A program made the translations under genes and the position numbers. The notes under the pieces are model-generated. The model made no database searches and was not told the DNA's origin. It saw only the letters and a list, made by a program, of their open reading frames with translations. A stretch of 62,166 bases of DNA, the filler included. It is 3 parts of 3 records of this genome, joined end to end, with 100 filler letters (N's around TTAATTAATTAA, not from the genome) between each part and the next. Parts side by side here need not be neighbours in the genome. Positions count along the whole stretch, not along the records: positions 1 to 28,670 come from DRR723986_9854; positions 28,771 to 50,849 come from DRR723986_9877; 1 more part is not named here. One strand, 5' to 3'. Of this stretch, positions 19,108-29,372 are shown piece after piece; positions within the stretch are counted from its first letter, which is position 1, and every line of letters starts with the position of its first letter.

Positions 19108-19752
19108 ATGGCTTACATACCCGACTACGCGACCCTGCTTGCCTTTACGGCCGCAGCTCTGGTGTTGACCGTTACGCCAGGACCCGACATGACGCTGTTC
19201 ATGAGCAAGACGCTGACACAAGGCCGACGCGCCGGGCTTGCTGCTGTGTTTGGGGCAACCTGTGGTCTGATCCTGCACACCGTGCTTGCTGCGATCGGTG
19301 TTTCCGCCCTTCTTTCAGCATCGACACTTGCATTTACAGTGCTGAAGATCGTCGGCGCCGCTTATCTGATTTATCTCGCAGTTCAAGCCGTCAGGAACGG
19401 GTCCAGCCTTGCGCTGGAAGCAGCCTCCGTGAAGAAGCAACCTATTCACCGGGTCTGGCTACAGGCACTCGGGATCAACATCCTCAATCCCAAGATCGTC
19501 TTGTTCTTCGTGACCTTCCTGCCTCAGTTTGTCAGCGCGGCGGATCCGAACGCGACAGGAAAACTGATGTTTCTCGGGTTTTACTTCGTCGTTCTGGGAA
19601 TGCCCATCTGCGCTGCGATGGTTCTGGGGGCCAGTGCGTTTGCCCGTTTCCTGAAGTCCTCGCCGAAGTTCATGCGAGCCTTCGACTGGGCTTTTGCGGG
19701 CATCATGGGCACCTTCGCCCTGAAGCTTCTGGTGGCCAAGGCAAACAGCTGA
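19108..19752 (+). CDS. LysE/RhtB family translocator
   Basis: TPGPD, GAAYL, NPK; hydrophobic throughout. Confidence 0.92.
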   Translation: MAYIPDYATLLAFTAAALVLTVTPGPDMTLFMSKTLTQGRRAGLAAVFGATCGLILHTVLAAIGVSALLSASTLAFTVLKIVGAAYLIYLAVQAVRNGSSLALEAASVKKQPIHRVWLQALGINILNPKIVLFFVTFLPQFVSAADPNATGKLMFLGFYFVVLGMPICAAMVLGASAFARFLKSSPKFMRAFDWAFAGIMGTFALKLLVAKANS

Positions 19753-19805
19753 ACCGGTTCCTTTGACTGCCGGTGACGCGTGGTGACTGAGCGTCCAAAA
19801 CCAGT

Positions 19806-20867
19806 CTAGCGTGCCAGCAGTTCTCGCAGGCCGGCGGGGGTAACTTGGGCCATCTTGCGAAAGTCCCGGCTCATATGGTGGCGGTCCGAATAGGACGCCT
19901 GGTAGGCAATCTCATCGAGACAACAGTCGCCAGACGCCATCATACGCGTCGCCTTTCGCAGACGGACGAAACGAGCGAGCCTGGCGTAGCCCAACCCCGC
20001 CTCCGATAACCGGCGAGAGAGACTTCTCGGCGATAAACCAAGTCCCGCCGCTGTTGACGACAAGCCAGGATGCTCCCCCACTGAAAGTTCGAGAACGCCG
20101 ACGACCCGCGCAAGAAGTCGGTTCGTACCCGGCCCCTGCGGCCTGTTCAGCAGGTGGCGAAAAGACAGGCTTGAAGCAGCAGACAACATTCCGATTTCGG
20201 ATTTGAACCCGGAAGTTTCTTCTGCAGGAATAATCAGGATATCGCTGTCGAAGTCCAAGTTGCCTTCGACGAAATTGCCAAACCGATAAATCGGCCGGGA
20301 AGCACTGCCGCGGCTAACTGCCCAAATGTCCTGAATATGTATCCCTGCGCTTTCAAGCGTTCCGGTCGCGACACCGGCCAGCATTGCCGGTCCGAATGGT
20401 TTCTGGTTTGCGGGACGTACCTTGTAGGGAGACAGGACCAGTGAATTGCGCTGGACGGCAGAAATAAAATCCTTTCCTTGGCCGCTCTCGTGAAACCGAA
20501 AGGACGCCTGCAGTGCCAGGACACCCGACCATCTGTTGACCAGATCGGGCATGCTCGGCGCACTCGTCAGGAGATGACTGATCACATCGAAACCGGCTGG
20601 GCGACCTAAAGCACGCGCCAGATTGAAAACCGCTCCGCATCCTCGTGAAGCGTAGAGCATTCCGATACGGGACAGCGGATCCCTCGCCTCAGTGCCCTGC
20701 AAAACGGAATTCCCATAAATTGCGGGAAACCGTGCCTCAGCCTGCTTCGCAAAATGCCTCAACCACCAGTTCCAATACGCCGAATAGGCTTCTCCGAGCG
20801 GCTCGTTGACACGCACGTTCTCCGCACCTTGTTGCGGCTCAATGGAAATTTTGGCGTCGATATTCAC
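19806..20867 (-). CDS. AraC family transcriptional regulator with divergent N-terminal domain
   Basis: C-terminal double HTH (LGLSPRSLSRRL...IAYQASYSDRHHMSRDFRKMAQVTP); start uncertain. Confidence 0.8.
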   Translation of the reverse strand: MNIDAKISIEPQQGAENVRVNEPLGEAYSAYWNWWLRHFAKQAEARFPAIYGNSVLQGTEARDPLSRIGMLYASRGCGAVFNLARALGRPAGFDVISHLLTSAPSMPDLVNRWSGVLALQASFRFHESGQGKDFISAVQRNSLVLSPYKVRPANQKPFGPAMLAGVATGTLESAGIHIQDIWAVSRGSASRPIYRFGNFVEGNLDFDSDILIIPAEETSGFKSEIGMLSAASSLSFRHLLNRPQGPGTNRLLARVVGVLELSVGEHPGLSSTAAGLGLSPRSLSRRLSEAGLGYARLARFVRLRKATRMMASGDCCLDEIAYQASYSDRHHMSRDFRKMAQVTPAGLRELLAR

Positions 20868-20959
20868 AGGTCTTCTTTCGACCGTGCTGCAGGATGAAGT
20901 GTGCCCTGGAACGAAACCAAGGGTTTAGCGCAAATGCAAGCATCGAAATCGAGGGGAAC

Positions 20960-21385
20960 ATGCGCAACTTGAAATCTCAGCTACGACTTCTTGCACTGAC
21001 GTCACTGGCTACACTGACGGGCAGCTTTTACGCACTGGCTGATCCGGCCAACCTAACGGCAGACGAGATCAACGACATGATGTCGGGAAACTCCATCCAT
21101 GGTTTCTTTCCCGACGGCGTGACGGAGTACAAGCAGAACAACCACGCCGACGGCTTCGCCGTTGTCGTGGTCAAGGGCGACAAGATCCGGAACATTCCGT
21201 GGGAAGCCGTCGAAATTAACGGGACTGGTCAATATTGCGAAGACTGGAGCGGCGATGGCTGGGGCAAACTCTGTTTCACGGTGACGCGCGAAAACCCGGC
21301 CAAGCCGATCTTCACAAATGCAAAAGGCAAGGCAAACGCACAGAACTGGTCAGAAGGTTTTGTCGATCTGAATTTCGCCGACTGA
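20960..21385 (+). CDS. Small secreted hypothetical protein
   Basis: GAGGGG RBS; signal peptide ending ALA; two Cys (QYCEDW, KLCF); terminator hairpin follows. Confidence 0.72.
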   Translation: MRNLKSQLRLLALTSLATLTGSFYALADPANLTADEINDMMSGNSIHGFFPDGVTEYKQNNHADGFAVVVVKGDKIRNIPWEAVEINGTGQYCEDWSGDGWGKLCFTVTRENPAKPIFTNAKGKANAQNWSEGFVDLNFAD

Positions 21386-21407
21386 ACTTGGTCCACATCA
21401 TTGTTAT

Positions 21408-21443
21408 CGCCCGCGGTCCGGCCGGATTGCGGGCGTTTGTTTT
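21408..21443 (+). terminator. Rho-independent terminator
   Basis: CGCCCGCGGTCC-GGCC-GGATTGCGGGCG followed by TTTGTTTT. Confidence 0.65.
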
Positions 21444-21530
21444 TCATGGCTCCGGTTTCCTGCAAATAGGGCCTTGCACCGCATGCTGTTCGTTGGTCAA
21501 TTCGACGCTATTCGTTTCAGGGAGTTCCGG

Positions 21531-22247
21531 ATGACCACGCCTTTGTTTCGCGACGATGCCTACCTCAGAACATGTGAAGCCGAAGTGACCGGCATAAACG
21601 AGCGTGGCGGCATCGTGCTTGATAGATCGGTTTTTTACGCCACCGGTGGCGGTCAACCGGGCGACAGCGGCACATTGGAGCTGGAAGACGGCACGAAGAT
21701 CGAGATTGCCACCACGGTCTATGATGACGACAAGAAAACCATCGTCCATGTCCCTTCAGAAGGACAAAACCTGCCTGCCGTCGGCACAAAAGTGACCGCC
21801 CATCTGGACTGGGCAAGACGGTACCGGTTGATGCGCATGCATACGGCCTTGCATTTATTGTCCGTGGCCCTGCCCTTTCCCGTTACAGGTGGTCAAATCG
21901 GGGATCCCGAAGGACGGCTTGATTTCGATATGGGTGAAGACACAATCGACCGAGAAGCGCTTCTGGAGAAGCTCAATGCGCTGGCTTCTGGTGATCACGA
22001 AGTAATCACCCAATGGATCACAGACGAAGAACTCGATGCCAACCCGGGTCTGGTCAAGACCATGTCCGTCAAGCCGCCACGCGGGTCTGGCAGGGTAAGA
22101 CTGGTCAGGATCGGCGACGACGTGGACTTGCAGCCTTGCGGTGGTACCCATGTGACGAGAACCTCTGAAATCGGCCTGCTTGAACTCGGCAAGATCGAAA
22201 AAAAGGGCAAGCAGAACAGGCGTGTCCGGATCCGCCTGACCGACTGA
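21531..22247 (+). CDS. alaX: Alanyl-tRNA editing protein (AlaX)
   Basis: FYATGGGQPGD, MRMHTALHLL, CGGTH. Confidence 0.92.
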   Translation: MTTPLFRDDAYLRTCEAEVTGINERGGIVLDRSVFYATGGGQPGDSGTLELEDGTKIEIATTVYDDDKKTIVHVPSEGQNLPAVGTKVTAHLDWARRYRLMRMHTALHLLSVALPFPVTGGQIGDPEGRLDFDMGEDTIDREALLEKLNALASGDHEVITQWITDEELDANPGLVKTMSVKPPRGSGRVRLVRIGDDVDLQPCGGTHVTRTSEIGLLELGKIEKKGKQNRRVRIRLTD

Positions 22248-22269
22248 CAAGCAAACGGGGGAAGTTGAA

Positions 22270-22743
22270 ATGAAACTGTCAGGTGGCTGCCGGTGTGGAG
22301 CTGTTTCCTTCGAAGTGGAAAGCAGAACCCCATACCCCTACATGCGTTGTTACTGTTCCATCTGCCGTAAGACAGGTGGCAGCGGCGGTTATGCAGTCAA
22401 TCTGATGGGAGACGCCGGCAGCCTTAAGGTATCGGGTGCGGAGACGAAGTCGGTCTACAACGCTGTCATTGATGGAAAGACCAGTCCTGCGGAACGTCAT
22501 TTCTGCAAGGCTTGCGGATCTCACCTGTGGCTTTGGGATCCGCGTTGGCCTGAACTGGTGCATCCACATGCAGGAGCGGTCGATAGCCCCTTGCCAACAC
22601 CGCCAGAGATTGTCCATATCATGCTGGCGTTCAAGCCTGACTGGATCGAGGTGCCGAGCGGTCCCGGACACGTTCATTTCCAGAACTATCCGGACCTCTC
22701 CATCGAGGACTGGCACAAGTCCAAAGGCTTGCTGGAGACCTAA
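22270..22743 (+). CDS. GFA (glutathione-dependent formaldehyde-activating-like) family protein
   Basis: GGCRCG, CYCSICRK, FCKACGS zinc motifs. Confidence 0.9.
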   Translation: MKLSGGCRCGAVSFEVESRTPYPYMRCYCSICRKTGGSGGYAVNLMGDAGSLKVSGAETKSVYNAVIDGKTSPAERHFCKACGSHLWLWDPRWPELVHPHAGAVDSPLPTPPEIVHIMLAFKPDWIEVPSGPGHVHFQNYPDLSIEDWHKSKGLLET

Positions 22744-22752
22744 GGAGCCGAA

Positions 22753-23598
22753 ATGACCGACCATCCCCTCGTATCGACCCAATGGCTGGACGATCATCTC
22801 TCCTCGCCCGATCTGATTGTCATCAATGCCTGGATGCCGCCGGTCACGCATCCAGATGCTCCGCCTGTCTATCCGAACGCGCACATTCCGGGTGCCGTCT
22901 TCTTTGACGTCAACGAGGTCTGTGACAAGACCAGCGATCTGCCTCACATGCTGCCAGCTCCACATGTGTTTTCGTCAACCATGCGGAAGATGGGGATAGG
23001 CGACGGTCAGACACTGGTAGTGTACGATGATTTTGGTTTCTATTCCGCGCCACGCGTCTGGTGGACGCTGCGCAGCATGGGCGCGGAACGAGTTTATGTT
23101 CTGGATGGTGGTTTTCCGAAGTGGCGGGCAGAAGGCCGTGCTTTTGACGACGATACGCCCCGCAGAGTTCAAAGCCACTTCTCGTCCCGTCTGAACCATG
23201 GTGCCGTTGCCGACCTCGACCAGATCCGCTCCACCATTGCAAATGGTTCACGGCAAATACTGGATGCAAGGTCTGCCGAACGATTTGCCGGAGAAGCGCC
23301 AGAGCCGCGTGCCGGACTGAAGTCGGGTCACATGCCGACCGCGCTCAACCTGCCCTTCACCCAGCTCATCGCGGAAGACGGCACATTCTTGAAGAAGGAA
23401 GACCTTGCAAAGGCTTTTCAGGATGCCGGAGTGGATCTCGACAAGCCCGTCACGACCTCTTGCGGCTCCGGTGTCACAGCAGCGATCCTGACGCTTGGCC
23501 TTACCGTGCTCGGTGCTCGGGATCTTGCGCTTTACGACGGATCCTGGGCGGAATGGGGTAGCCGGGACGACACGGACGTCGTCACCGGCCCAGCTTGA
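22753..23598 (+). CDS. sseA: 3-mercaptopyruvate sulfurtransferase
   Basis: HIPGA, active site CGSGVTA, YDGSWAEW. Confidence 0.93.
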   Translation: MTDHPLVSTQWLDDHLSSPDLIVINAWMPPVTHPDAPPVYPNAHIPGAVFFDVNEVCDKTSDLPHMLPAPHVFSSTMRKMGIGDGQTLVVYDDFGFYSAPRVWWTLRSMGAERVYVLDGGFPKWRAEGRAFDDDTPRRVQSHFSSRLNHGAVADLDQIRSTIANGSRQILDARSAERFAGEAPEPRAGLKSGHMPTALNLPFTQLIAEDGTFLKKEDLAKAFQDAGVDLDKPVTTSCGSGVTAAILTLGLTVLGARDLALYDGSWAEWGSRDDTDVVTGPA

Positions 23599-23618
23599 GA
23601 AATCAGATAGCGCCTTGA

Positions 23619-24959
23619 TCAGGTCCCAGTCTGTAAGGTTTCAAAGAAATCCCGGATCTCATCCGAGATCGAGCTGGTGCTCGAAGACATTCTGCTGGAC
23701 GCAGCCAACAGACTGTCGGCCGCCTGATCGGTTGCGGTGATTGCCTGTTCGACACCGCCAATGTTCTCATCGAGGGTCTGCGTTCCCGAAGCGACCGTCT
23801 GGATGCTGTGGGAAATTTCCTGCGTTGCAGCACCCTGCTCTTCAATCGCAGCTGCTATCGACGACGTCATTTCGTCAAGTTGCTTGACCACTTCGGAAAT
23901 CGACTGGATGGAGGCCACGGCATTGTCCGTCGAACTCTGGATTTCGGTGACTTGCTGGCTTATTTCCTCGGTGGCCTTTGCAGTCTGTTCTGCTAGGGTT
24001 TTCACTTCGCTTGCGACCACCGCAAATCCCTTGCCGGCATCGCCGGCACGGGCAGCCTCGATCGTAGCGTTCAGAGCCAGCAAATTGGTTTGTTCGGCAA
24101 TCGCCTGAATGAGACCGATCACATCCCCAATTTTCTGGGCTGCACCTGCCAGGCTGGCCACCTGAAGACTTGATTGTTCTGTGCCGCCTGCCGCCTGGCT
24201 GGCAATACGGGATGCACCGGAGATCTGCTTCGAAATTTCCTGGATGGAACTGGAGAGCTCTTCCGTTGCAGAGGCTACGGTCTGGACGCTGACGCTGGAG
24301 TCTTTTGAAACATGACCGGCGTTCTCAACCTGGCTTCTCGCGGTCTGCGATACACTCGTCAAATGCTCGGCTTCACCCGCAACGCTGCGAGCACCGGCCT
24401 CCACATCGGCCAGCGGTTGCTTGACGCTGTTCTGGAACTTTTCGATGGCCTTGTTCAACCGTTCCGTCTGCGCTGCACGCTCCAGAAGAAGTTCTTCTTC
24501 GTAGGTTGATATGGCAAGGTCCATGTCAAGGAAGACGGCCGCCGTGACATCGTTCAACAAGACGGCAAGGTTTTGAAAAGACCGTCTGTATTTACGGGTC
24601 AGATGAGCATGCAGATGGCGCAGGACATAAAGATATCCGGCAATGTACCAACGCGGCTCCAGCCCGATGCGGCAATGCACATGACCGATCTGGTTGATGC
24701 TCTGCTGGTAGCTCTGGTCGAAGCCTGACGTGAACAGTTTCTTCCAATGGCCCTTTTGTGCTGAAACAAGTCGGGGCTGATGCGAGCCGACGAGTGCAGC
24801 CAGATTTGGCTGGGTGTTGATGTGAACGTAGAACCCCGCCAGTACATCGTCCAACACCGGCTCGATAACCGGCCAGAGCTTTCTGAGATTTTCGATTGTC
24901 GAGTGGTCAATCTGGGCGAATTTCAAACGGGCTTGGAAGTCGTATTCCTGATCGCTCAT
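23619..24959 (-). CDS. Globin-coupled soluble chemoreceptor (HemAT-like MCP)
   Basis: N-terminal protoglobin ([18 protein letters not shown]); MCP signalling hairpin [20 protein letters not shown]; no TM helices. Confidence 0.9.
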   Translation of the reverse strand: MSDQEYDFQARLKFAQIDHSTIENLRKLWPVIEPVLDDVLAGFYVHINTQPNLAALVGSHQPRLVSAQKGHWKKLFTSGFDQSYQQSINQIGHVHCRIGLEPRWYIAGYLYVLRHLHAHLTRKYRRSFQNLAVLLNDVTAAVFLDMDLAISTYEEELLLERAAQTERLNKAIEKFQNSVKQPLADVEAGARSVAGEAEHLTSVSQTARSQVENAGHVSKDSSVSVQTVASATEELSSSIQEISKQISGASRIASQAAGGTEQSSLQVASLAGAAQKIGDVIGLIQAIAEQTNLLALNATIEAARAGDAGKGFAVVASEVKTLAEQTAKATEEISQQVTEIQSSTDNAVASIQSISEVVKQLDEMTSSIAAAIEEQGAATQEISHSIQTVASGTQTLDENIGGVEQAITATDQAADSLLAASSRMSSSTSSISDEIRDFFETLQTGT

Positions 24960-25225
24960 GGCAGGTCACCTTGATAAAAACTGACCCTACGTGACCCGAC
25001 AATTCTAAATAAACCATAAATTGTATTTTTACGTACGACATAGTGACAATGGCGCGTTGAGCCACAACGAAAACGGAATAGGAATAATTACCAATCCCCT
25101 GATTTTTGGCCGTTTTTTAGGCAATAAAAACGCGACACTCGATTCTTCCGGATGAGAGCGATAAACACAACCTGAAAACGCAGGCAGAGATACTTTGGTC
25201 GTATTGCGGTTGTCCAAAACAAGGA

Positions 25226-26035
25226 TCACTCACCCGGCTGGGGTCTTGCCTTCATCCCCTCCGGTTTCTTGCGTGAAGGCTCCAGACTGATCAGAAAGTC
25301 GGCACGTGTTCCGGCAAGATGATGGCCAGGCCAGATTTCCAGAGCATCGTTCAATTTCCCTTTCGGGTATCGAGCGAAAATGTCCTTGCGAACGTTCTGC
25401 GCAATCCTGCGCTGCCCCATTCCGAATACGTCACACATTGCTCCGCGCGAAATAAGATGTGCTTCTGCGCCGTACCTTCTGGCAGACACATACCCGTTAA
25501 GGTGCAGTCCGATGGCATCGGCAATCCGATGTACCTTTGCCCGGTCATGTCCCTGGCCGACAAGGTGGTGTTGGCAGCGTTCCGCGCCATGGACCACGAA
25601 ACAGCAATCCCGCGGCTCGCTGGTCCGGCCTGACGCCAGGCCTACGTCATGCAATATGGCTGCACAGAAGAGGATTTCCTTGTCGACAGTGAGCTTACGA
25701 TAGCCACCTAACAAGAGACCAAAGTAATAGGTGCGCCAACTGTGCCGCATCAGGTCCAAATTCTGGACTTCGTCGGCAAAGTCCAACGCATCCCGGACCA
25801 ATGCGGTCTCCGGTGGCTGCAGTCCTTCAAGGTCTGCGCCGAAGGTGTTGATCAGGCCCAGTTTTCCTCTGAAAGCATCCAGCGCTTCAAGCATACCCAT
25901 ACGGCCAAGATTTGTAAGCACCTTAAGCTTTTCAGTTCTTGTCAGTCGCCCATTGCTGAACTGACCAGACCTTCGTCCCCAAGCTACCGTTCCCATGTCT
26001 GCAGTGTTTTCCGGCATCTCCCAAAACGTCTCCAT
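25226..26035 (-). CDS. HD-domain metallohydrolase (cyanamide hydratase-like)
   Basis: HSWRTY, AAILHDVG, AIGLH, G..CD; GGAG RBS before the ATG at 26035. Confidence 0.8.
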   Translation of the reverse strand: METFWEMPENTADMGTVAWGRRSGQFSNGRLTRTEKLKVLTNLGRMGMLEALDAFRGKLGLINTFGADLEGLQPPETALVRDALDFADEVQNLDLMRHSWRTYYFGLLLGGYRKLTVDKEILFCAAILHDVGLASGRTSEPRDCCFVVHGAERCQHHLVGQGHDRAKVHRIADAIGLHLNGYVSARRYGAEAHLISRGAMCDVFGMGQRRIAQNVRKDIFARYPKGKLNDALEIWPGHHLAGTRADFLISLEPSRKKPEGMKARPQPGE

Positions 26036-26046
26036 TGATTGCTCCA

Positions 26047-26108
26047 TTTTTATGTACCGTATCGCATAAAAATAGACATGTCGATATTTATGTGCGAATT
26101 GGTATAAA
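26047..26108. promoter_or_regulatory. Twin putative TetR operators
   Basis: TTTTTATG-N10-CATAAAAA (26047-26072) and TTTAT-N12-ATAAA (26087-26108) between the divergent HD and TetR genes. Confidence 0.55.
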
Positions 26109-26741
26109 ATGAAAGCCGAAAACAAACGCGGCCGTCCGCGCAAATTCGACGAAGACATCACGCTCGACCGCATCATGCTGGTGTTCTGGCAGCACGGCTA
26201 TGCCGCTACCACTCTCGACCAGATAGCAGAAGCAACAGGCCTGAACAGACCCAGCCTCTACGCCGCATTCGGCAGCAAGAAAGACATGTATCTGAAGGTG
26301 ATTTCACGGTTCGCGGACCAGATGCAGGCCCACCTGAAGGCGGCAGGACAGACAAAAATAGGGCTGAAACCCCGGCTCAAGGCCATCATGACAGCTGCTA
26401 TCGATCTTTATTGCGGCAGGTCGACATTTGGTGATGCGGCCTATGGTTGCCTGGCCATCTCCACACTGACGACTGAAGCTGCTGATGATCCTGACTTCAG
26501 ATCAATGCTGGCGCATGTCGTTGAGCGAATGGATCGAGGGTTCGCCGGTCTGATTTACGCGGAGATGAAAGACTCGGTTCCGGAAGCAAGCGTCCAGTTC
26601 GCCGCCCAGCATTTGTCTTTGATGCTGCACGGTCTTTCGGTTCGCGCCCGGGCTGGGGAATCTCGCGATATCCTGGTGGAACTGGCAGAGGCTGCTGTTG
26701 ACCGGCTTGTACCGGACCCTGCTTCAGCGCCCGTTATGTAG
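26109..26741 (+). CDS. TetR/AcrR family regulator
   Basis: RGRPRKFD, FWQHGY, GLNRPSLYAAFGSK HTH. Confidence 0.92.
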   Translation: MKAENKRGRPRKFDEDITLDRIMLVFWQHGYAATTLDQIAEATGLNRPSLYAAFGSKKDMYLKVISRFADQMQAHLKAAGQTKIGLKPRLKAIMTAAIDLYCGRSTFGDAAYGCLAISTLTTEAADDPDFRSMLAHVVERMDRGFAGLIYAEMKDSVPEASVQFAAQHLSLMLHGLSVRARAGESRDILVELAEAAVDRLVPDPASAPVM

Positions 26742-27428
26742 ATCCAGCGACCAATCAAGCGTCAGGGGCAGCGGCGTCCACATGCCGGTCTTTACCCCTG
26801 CCCGCCTCAACATGTCGGCCGTCCAGGTGTTGCAGCCCATCATCGCGTTGAAGCCGCCAACTGCCGGAAAGAAAATGTCGTGTGCGTCGTACGCCACGCC
26901 GGGAATTGCCGTCGGAGGCGCTGTGCCATCTGACTGGAAACTGGTCCTGATATCATTGACCAGCTCATCAAATTCCAGCTGGCTCAGTTCAACTACGCGG
27001 ACGCTTTCCTGTTCAAGCGGAATATCGCCGGTACGACGGACATGCATGACCGAAGCATCCCAGGTCAACGCGTCAATTACCGGACCCGGTTTCAAATCAC
27101 CCCACGTTGGTGTTTCGATATAGAACGACCGCCCACCCCAGCCGAAAGCAATCCAGAAAACACCCGGATAATCCAGCTCCAGCCCGCCATCCGATACGAA
27201 TCCGAACGCCTCCAGCACGTCCGGATCGGCTGGGAGGGCGATATCAGTATGGATGGGATTGTTGAGTATCAGAATACGCCGTTTATCTGCTGAACTTTGC
27301 GCAACTTCCATAACCGGGTTGGAATCGAACAAAGGCCTCGGAACGAGTGCTCCGAGGCCCAGTGCTACAACAGCAGTGAAGACAACAAGGCAAATTCCAA
27401 TCAGGAACCTGCGCAGCAGTTTCATCAT
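26724..27428 (-). CDS. TIGR02117/DUF2459 family protein
   Basis: N-terminal TM helix, IHTDI, FGWG...FY, CNTW. Confidence 0.75.
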   Translation of the reverse strand: MMKLLRRFLIGICLVVFTAVVALGLGALVPRPLFDSNPVMEVAQSSADKRRILILNNPIHTDIALPADPDVLEAFGFVSDGGLELDYPGVFWIAFGWGGRSFYIETPTWGDLKPGPVIDALTWDASVMHVRRTGDIPLEQESVRVVELSQLEFDELVNDIRTSFQSDGTAPPTAIPGVAYDAHDIFFPAVGGFNAMMGCNTWTADMLRRAGVKTGMWTPLPLTLDWSLDLHNGR

Positions 27429-27445
27429 CCGCAGTCTTTAGTCGA

Positions 27446-28249
27446 TCAGTGGTGCAGGATCTGGCTCAGGAAAAGCTTGGTACGTTCATGCTGCGGATTG
27501 GTGAAGAACTCTTCCGGCTCGTTCTGCTCCACGATCTGCCCCGCATCCATGAAGATAACGCGGTTTGCAACCTTGCGGGCAAAGCCCATTTCGTGAGTGA
27601 CGCACAGCATGGTCATGCCTTCTTCGGCAAGTCCTACCATCACGTCCAGAACTTCCTTGATCATTTCCGGATCGAGCGCCGAGGTCGGCTCATCGAACAG
27701 CATGATTTTCGGGTTCATGCACAAAGACCGTGCAATAGCAACGCGCTGCTGCTGGCCACCAGACAACTGCCCCGGATATTTGTTGGCCTGCTCCGGGATC
27801 TTGACGCGCTCGAGATAGTGCATCGCGATGTCTTCGGCTTCCTTCTTGGGCATCTTGCGAACCCAGATCGGAGCCAGAGTGCAGTTCTCCAGGATCGTCA
27901 GATGTGGGAACAGGTTGAAGTGCTGGAAGCACATGCCGACTTCGCGGCGAATTTCGTCGATCTTTTTCAGATCGTCCGTCAACTCGATGCCATCAACAAG
28001 GATCTGTCCCGCCTGATGTTCTTCCAGACGGTTGATACAACGGATCATCGTGGATTTGCCGGAACCTGACGGTCCGCAGATAACGATACGTTCGCCGCGC
28101 ATGACCTTCAGGTTGATGTCGCGCAGAACGTGGAAATCCCCGTACCACTTGTTCATGTTCTTGATTTCAATAGCCACGTCCGTATCGGAGATGGTCATTC
28201 TGGAACGGTCGGCTGCGAGTTCCTCGTCGCGTACAGCGTTTTCAGACAT
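27446..28249 (-). CDS. aapP: Amino acid ABC transporter ATP-binding protein
   Basis: [34 protein letters not shown]. Confidence 0.9.
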   Translation of the reverse strand: MSENAVRDEELAADRSRMTISDTDVAIEIKNMNKWYGDFHVLRDINLKVMRGERIVICGPSGSGKSTMIRCINRLEEHQAGQILVDGIELTDDLKKIDEIRREVGMCFQHFNLFPHLTILENCTLAPIWVRKMPKKEAEDIAMHYLERVKIPEQANKYPGQLSGGQQQRVAIARSLCMNPKIMLFDEPTSALDPEMIKEVLDVMVGLAEEGMTMLCVTHEMGFARKVANRVIFMDAGQIVEQNEPEEFFTNPQHERTKLFLSQILHH

Positions 28250-28318
28250 AGTTTTTAACTCCAAGAGTGTCCTGTGGCCGGGGCGCTGCGGTTCATCGCG
28301 CGCCCCGGAAGCGGTTTG

Positions 28319-28670
28319 CTAGCGTTTGTGTCCTGTATGAAGCTTCTTCTCCATGAAGATGGAGTAGCGCGACATGCCGAAGCAGAAGGTCCAGAACACC
28401 ACTGCAGCGAACAGGTAACCCGTGTGACCGGTGCTGGGCGTCGACCATGTCGGATCCGTGAAGGACGACTGGATCTGGCCGAGAAGGTCGAACATGCCGA
28501 CGATCAGAACCAGCGTCGTATCCTTGAACAATCCGATGAAGGTGTTGACGATCCCGGGGATCACGAGCTTCAGAGCCTGCGGCAAAATGATGAGATACAT
28601 CATCGGCCAGAACCGGAGCCCGAGCGCCATGGCACCTTCATATTGCCCCTTCGGAATGGCCTGCAGGCCA
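28319..28670 (-). CDS. aapM: Amino acid ABC transporter permease, 5'-truncated at contig end
   Basis: [25 protein letters not shown]. Confidence 0.85.
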
Positions 28671-28770
28671 NNNNNNNNNNNNNNNNNNNNNNNNNNNNNN
28701 NNNNNNNNNNNNNNTTAATTAATTAANNNNNNNNNNNNNNNNNNNNNNNNNNNNNNNNNNNNNNNNNNNN
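28671..28770. other. Artificial contig linker
   Basis: N44-TTAATTAATTAA-N44 (stop codons in all six frames); genes on both sides are truncated. Confidence 0.98.
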
Positions 28771-29361
28771 CTCGATCTGGTCGTGGGTGACGTAGATCAT
28801 GGTGTTGGACAGCTTCTGGTGCAGCTGCTTGATCTCGACCCGCAGGTCCGCCCGCAGCTTGGCGTCCAGGTTGGAAAGCGGTTCATCGAACAGGAAAACA
28901 TCGGCATCGCGCACCAGAGCCCGGCCGATGGCGGCACGCTGGCGCTGGCCACCGGAAAGGGCGGCCGGCTTGCGGTTGAGCAGCGGTTCGATCTGCAGGA
29001 CCTTTGCGGCCCGGTTCACCCGCTCCTGGATTTCCGCCTTGGGCAGACCCGCGTTCTTCAGGCCGAAGCTCAGATTCCCGGCGACGGTCATTTGCGGGTA
29101 GAGCGCATAGGACTGGAACACCATGCCGATGCCGCGCTGGGAAGGCTCCTCCCAGGTCACGTTGCGCCCGCCGATGAAGATCTGCCCGCCGGTCACGTCC
29201 AGCAACCCGGCAATGCAGTTCAAAAGGGTTGATTTTCCGCAGCCCGAAGAGCCGAGCAGCACGAGAAATTCACCCTGGCCGACATCGAGGTTGAGATCCT
29301 TCAGAACATCCAGGCTTCCGAAACTCAGGGAAAGGTTATTGATGGAGATACTTGGTTCCAT
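28771..29361 (-). CDS. Sugar ABC transporter ATP-binding protein, 3'-truncated
   Basis: GSSGCGKS, FQSYALYP, LSGGQRQR, DEPLSNLD, YVTHDQ. Confidence 0.92.
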
Positions 29362-29372
29362 GGGTCGTCTCG

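Noticed and set aside
24995-25030. Possible CtrA site upstream of the globin MCP (CTAA-N7-ATAA)
   Set aside because: Two mismatches in AT-rich DNA; not distinguishable from chance.
28715-28726. TTAATTAATTAA palindrome, repeated at 50894-50905
   Set aside because: Artificial six-frame stop linker within N runs, not biological.
1-28800. Contig 1 starts and contig 2 is cut at the same VTHDQ motif of a sugar ABC ATPase, suggesting two halves of one gene
   Set aside because: They share only 16 nt (CGTCACCCACGACCAG) and then diverge (GTTGAA versus ATCGAG). They are paralogues that both broke at a conserved motif.
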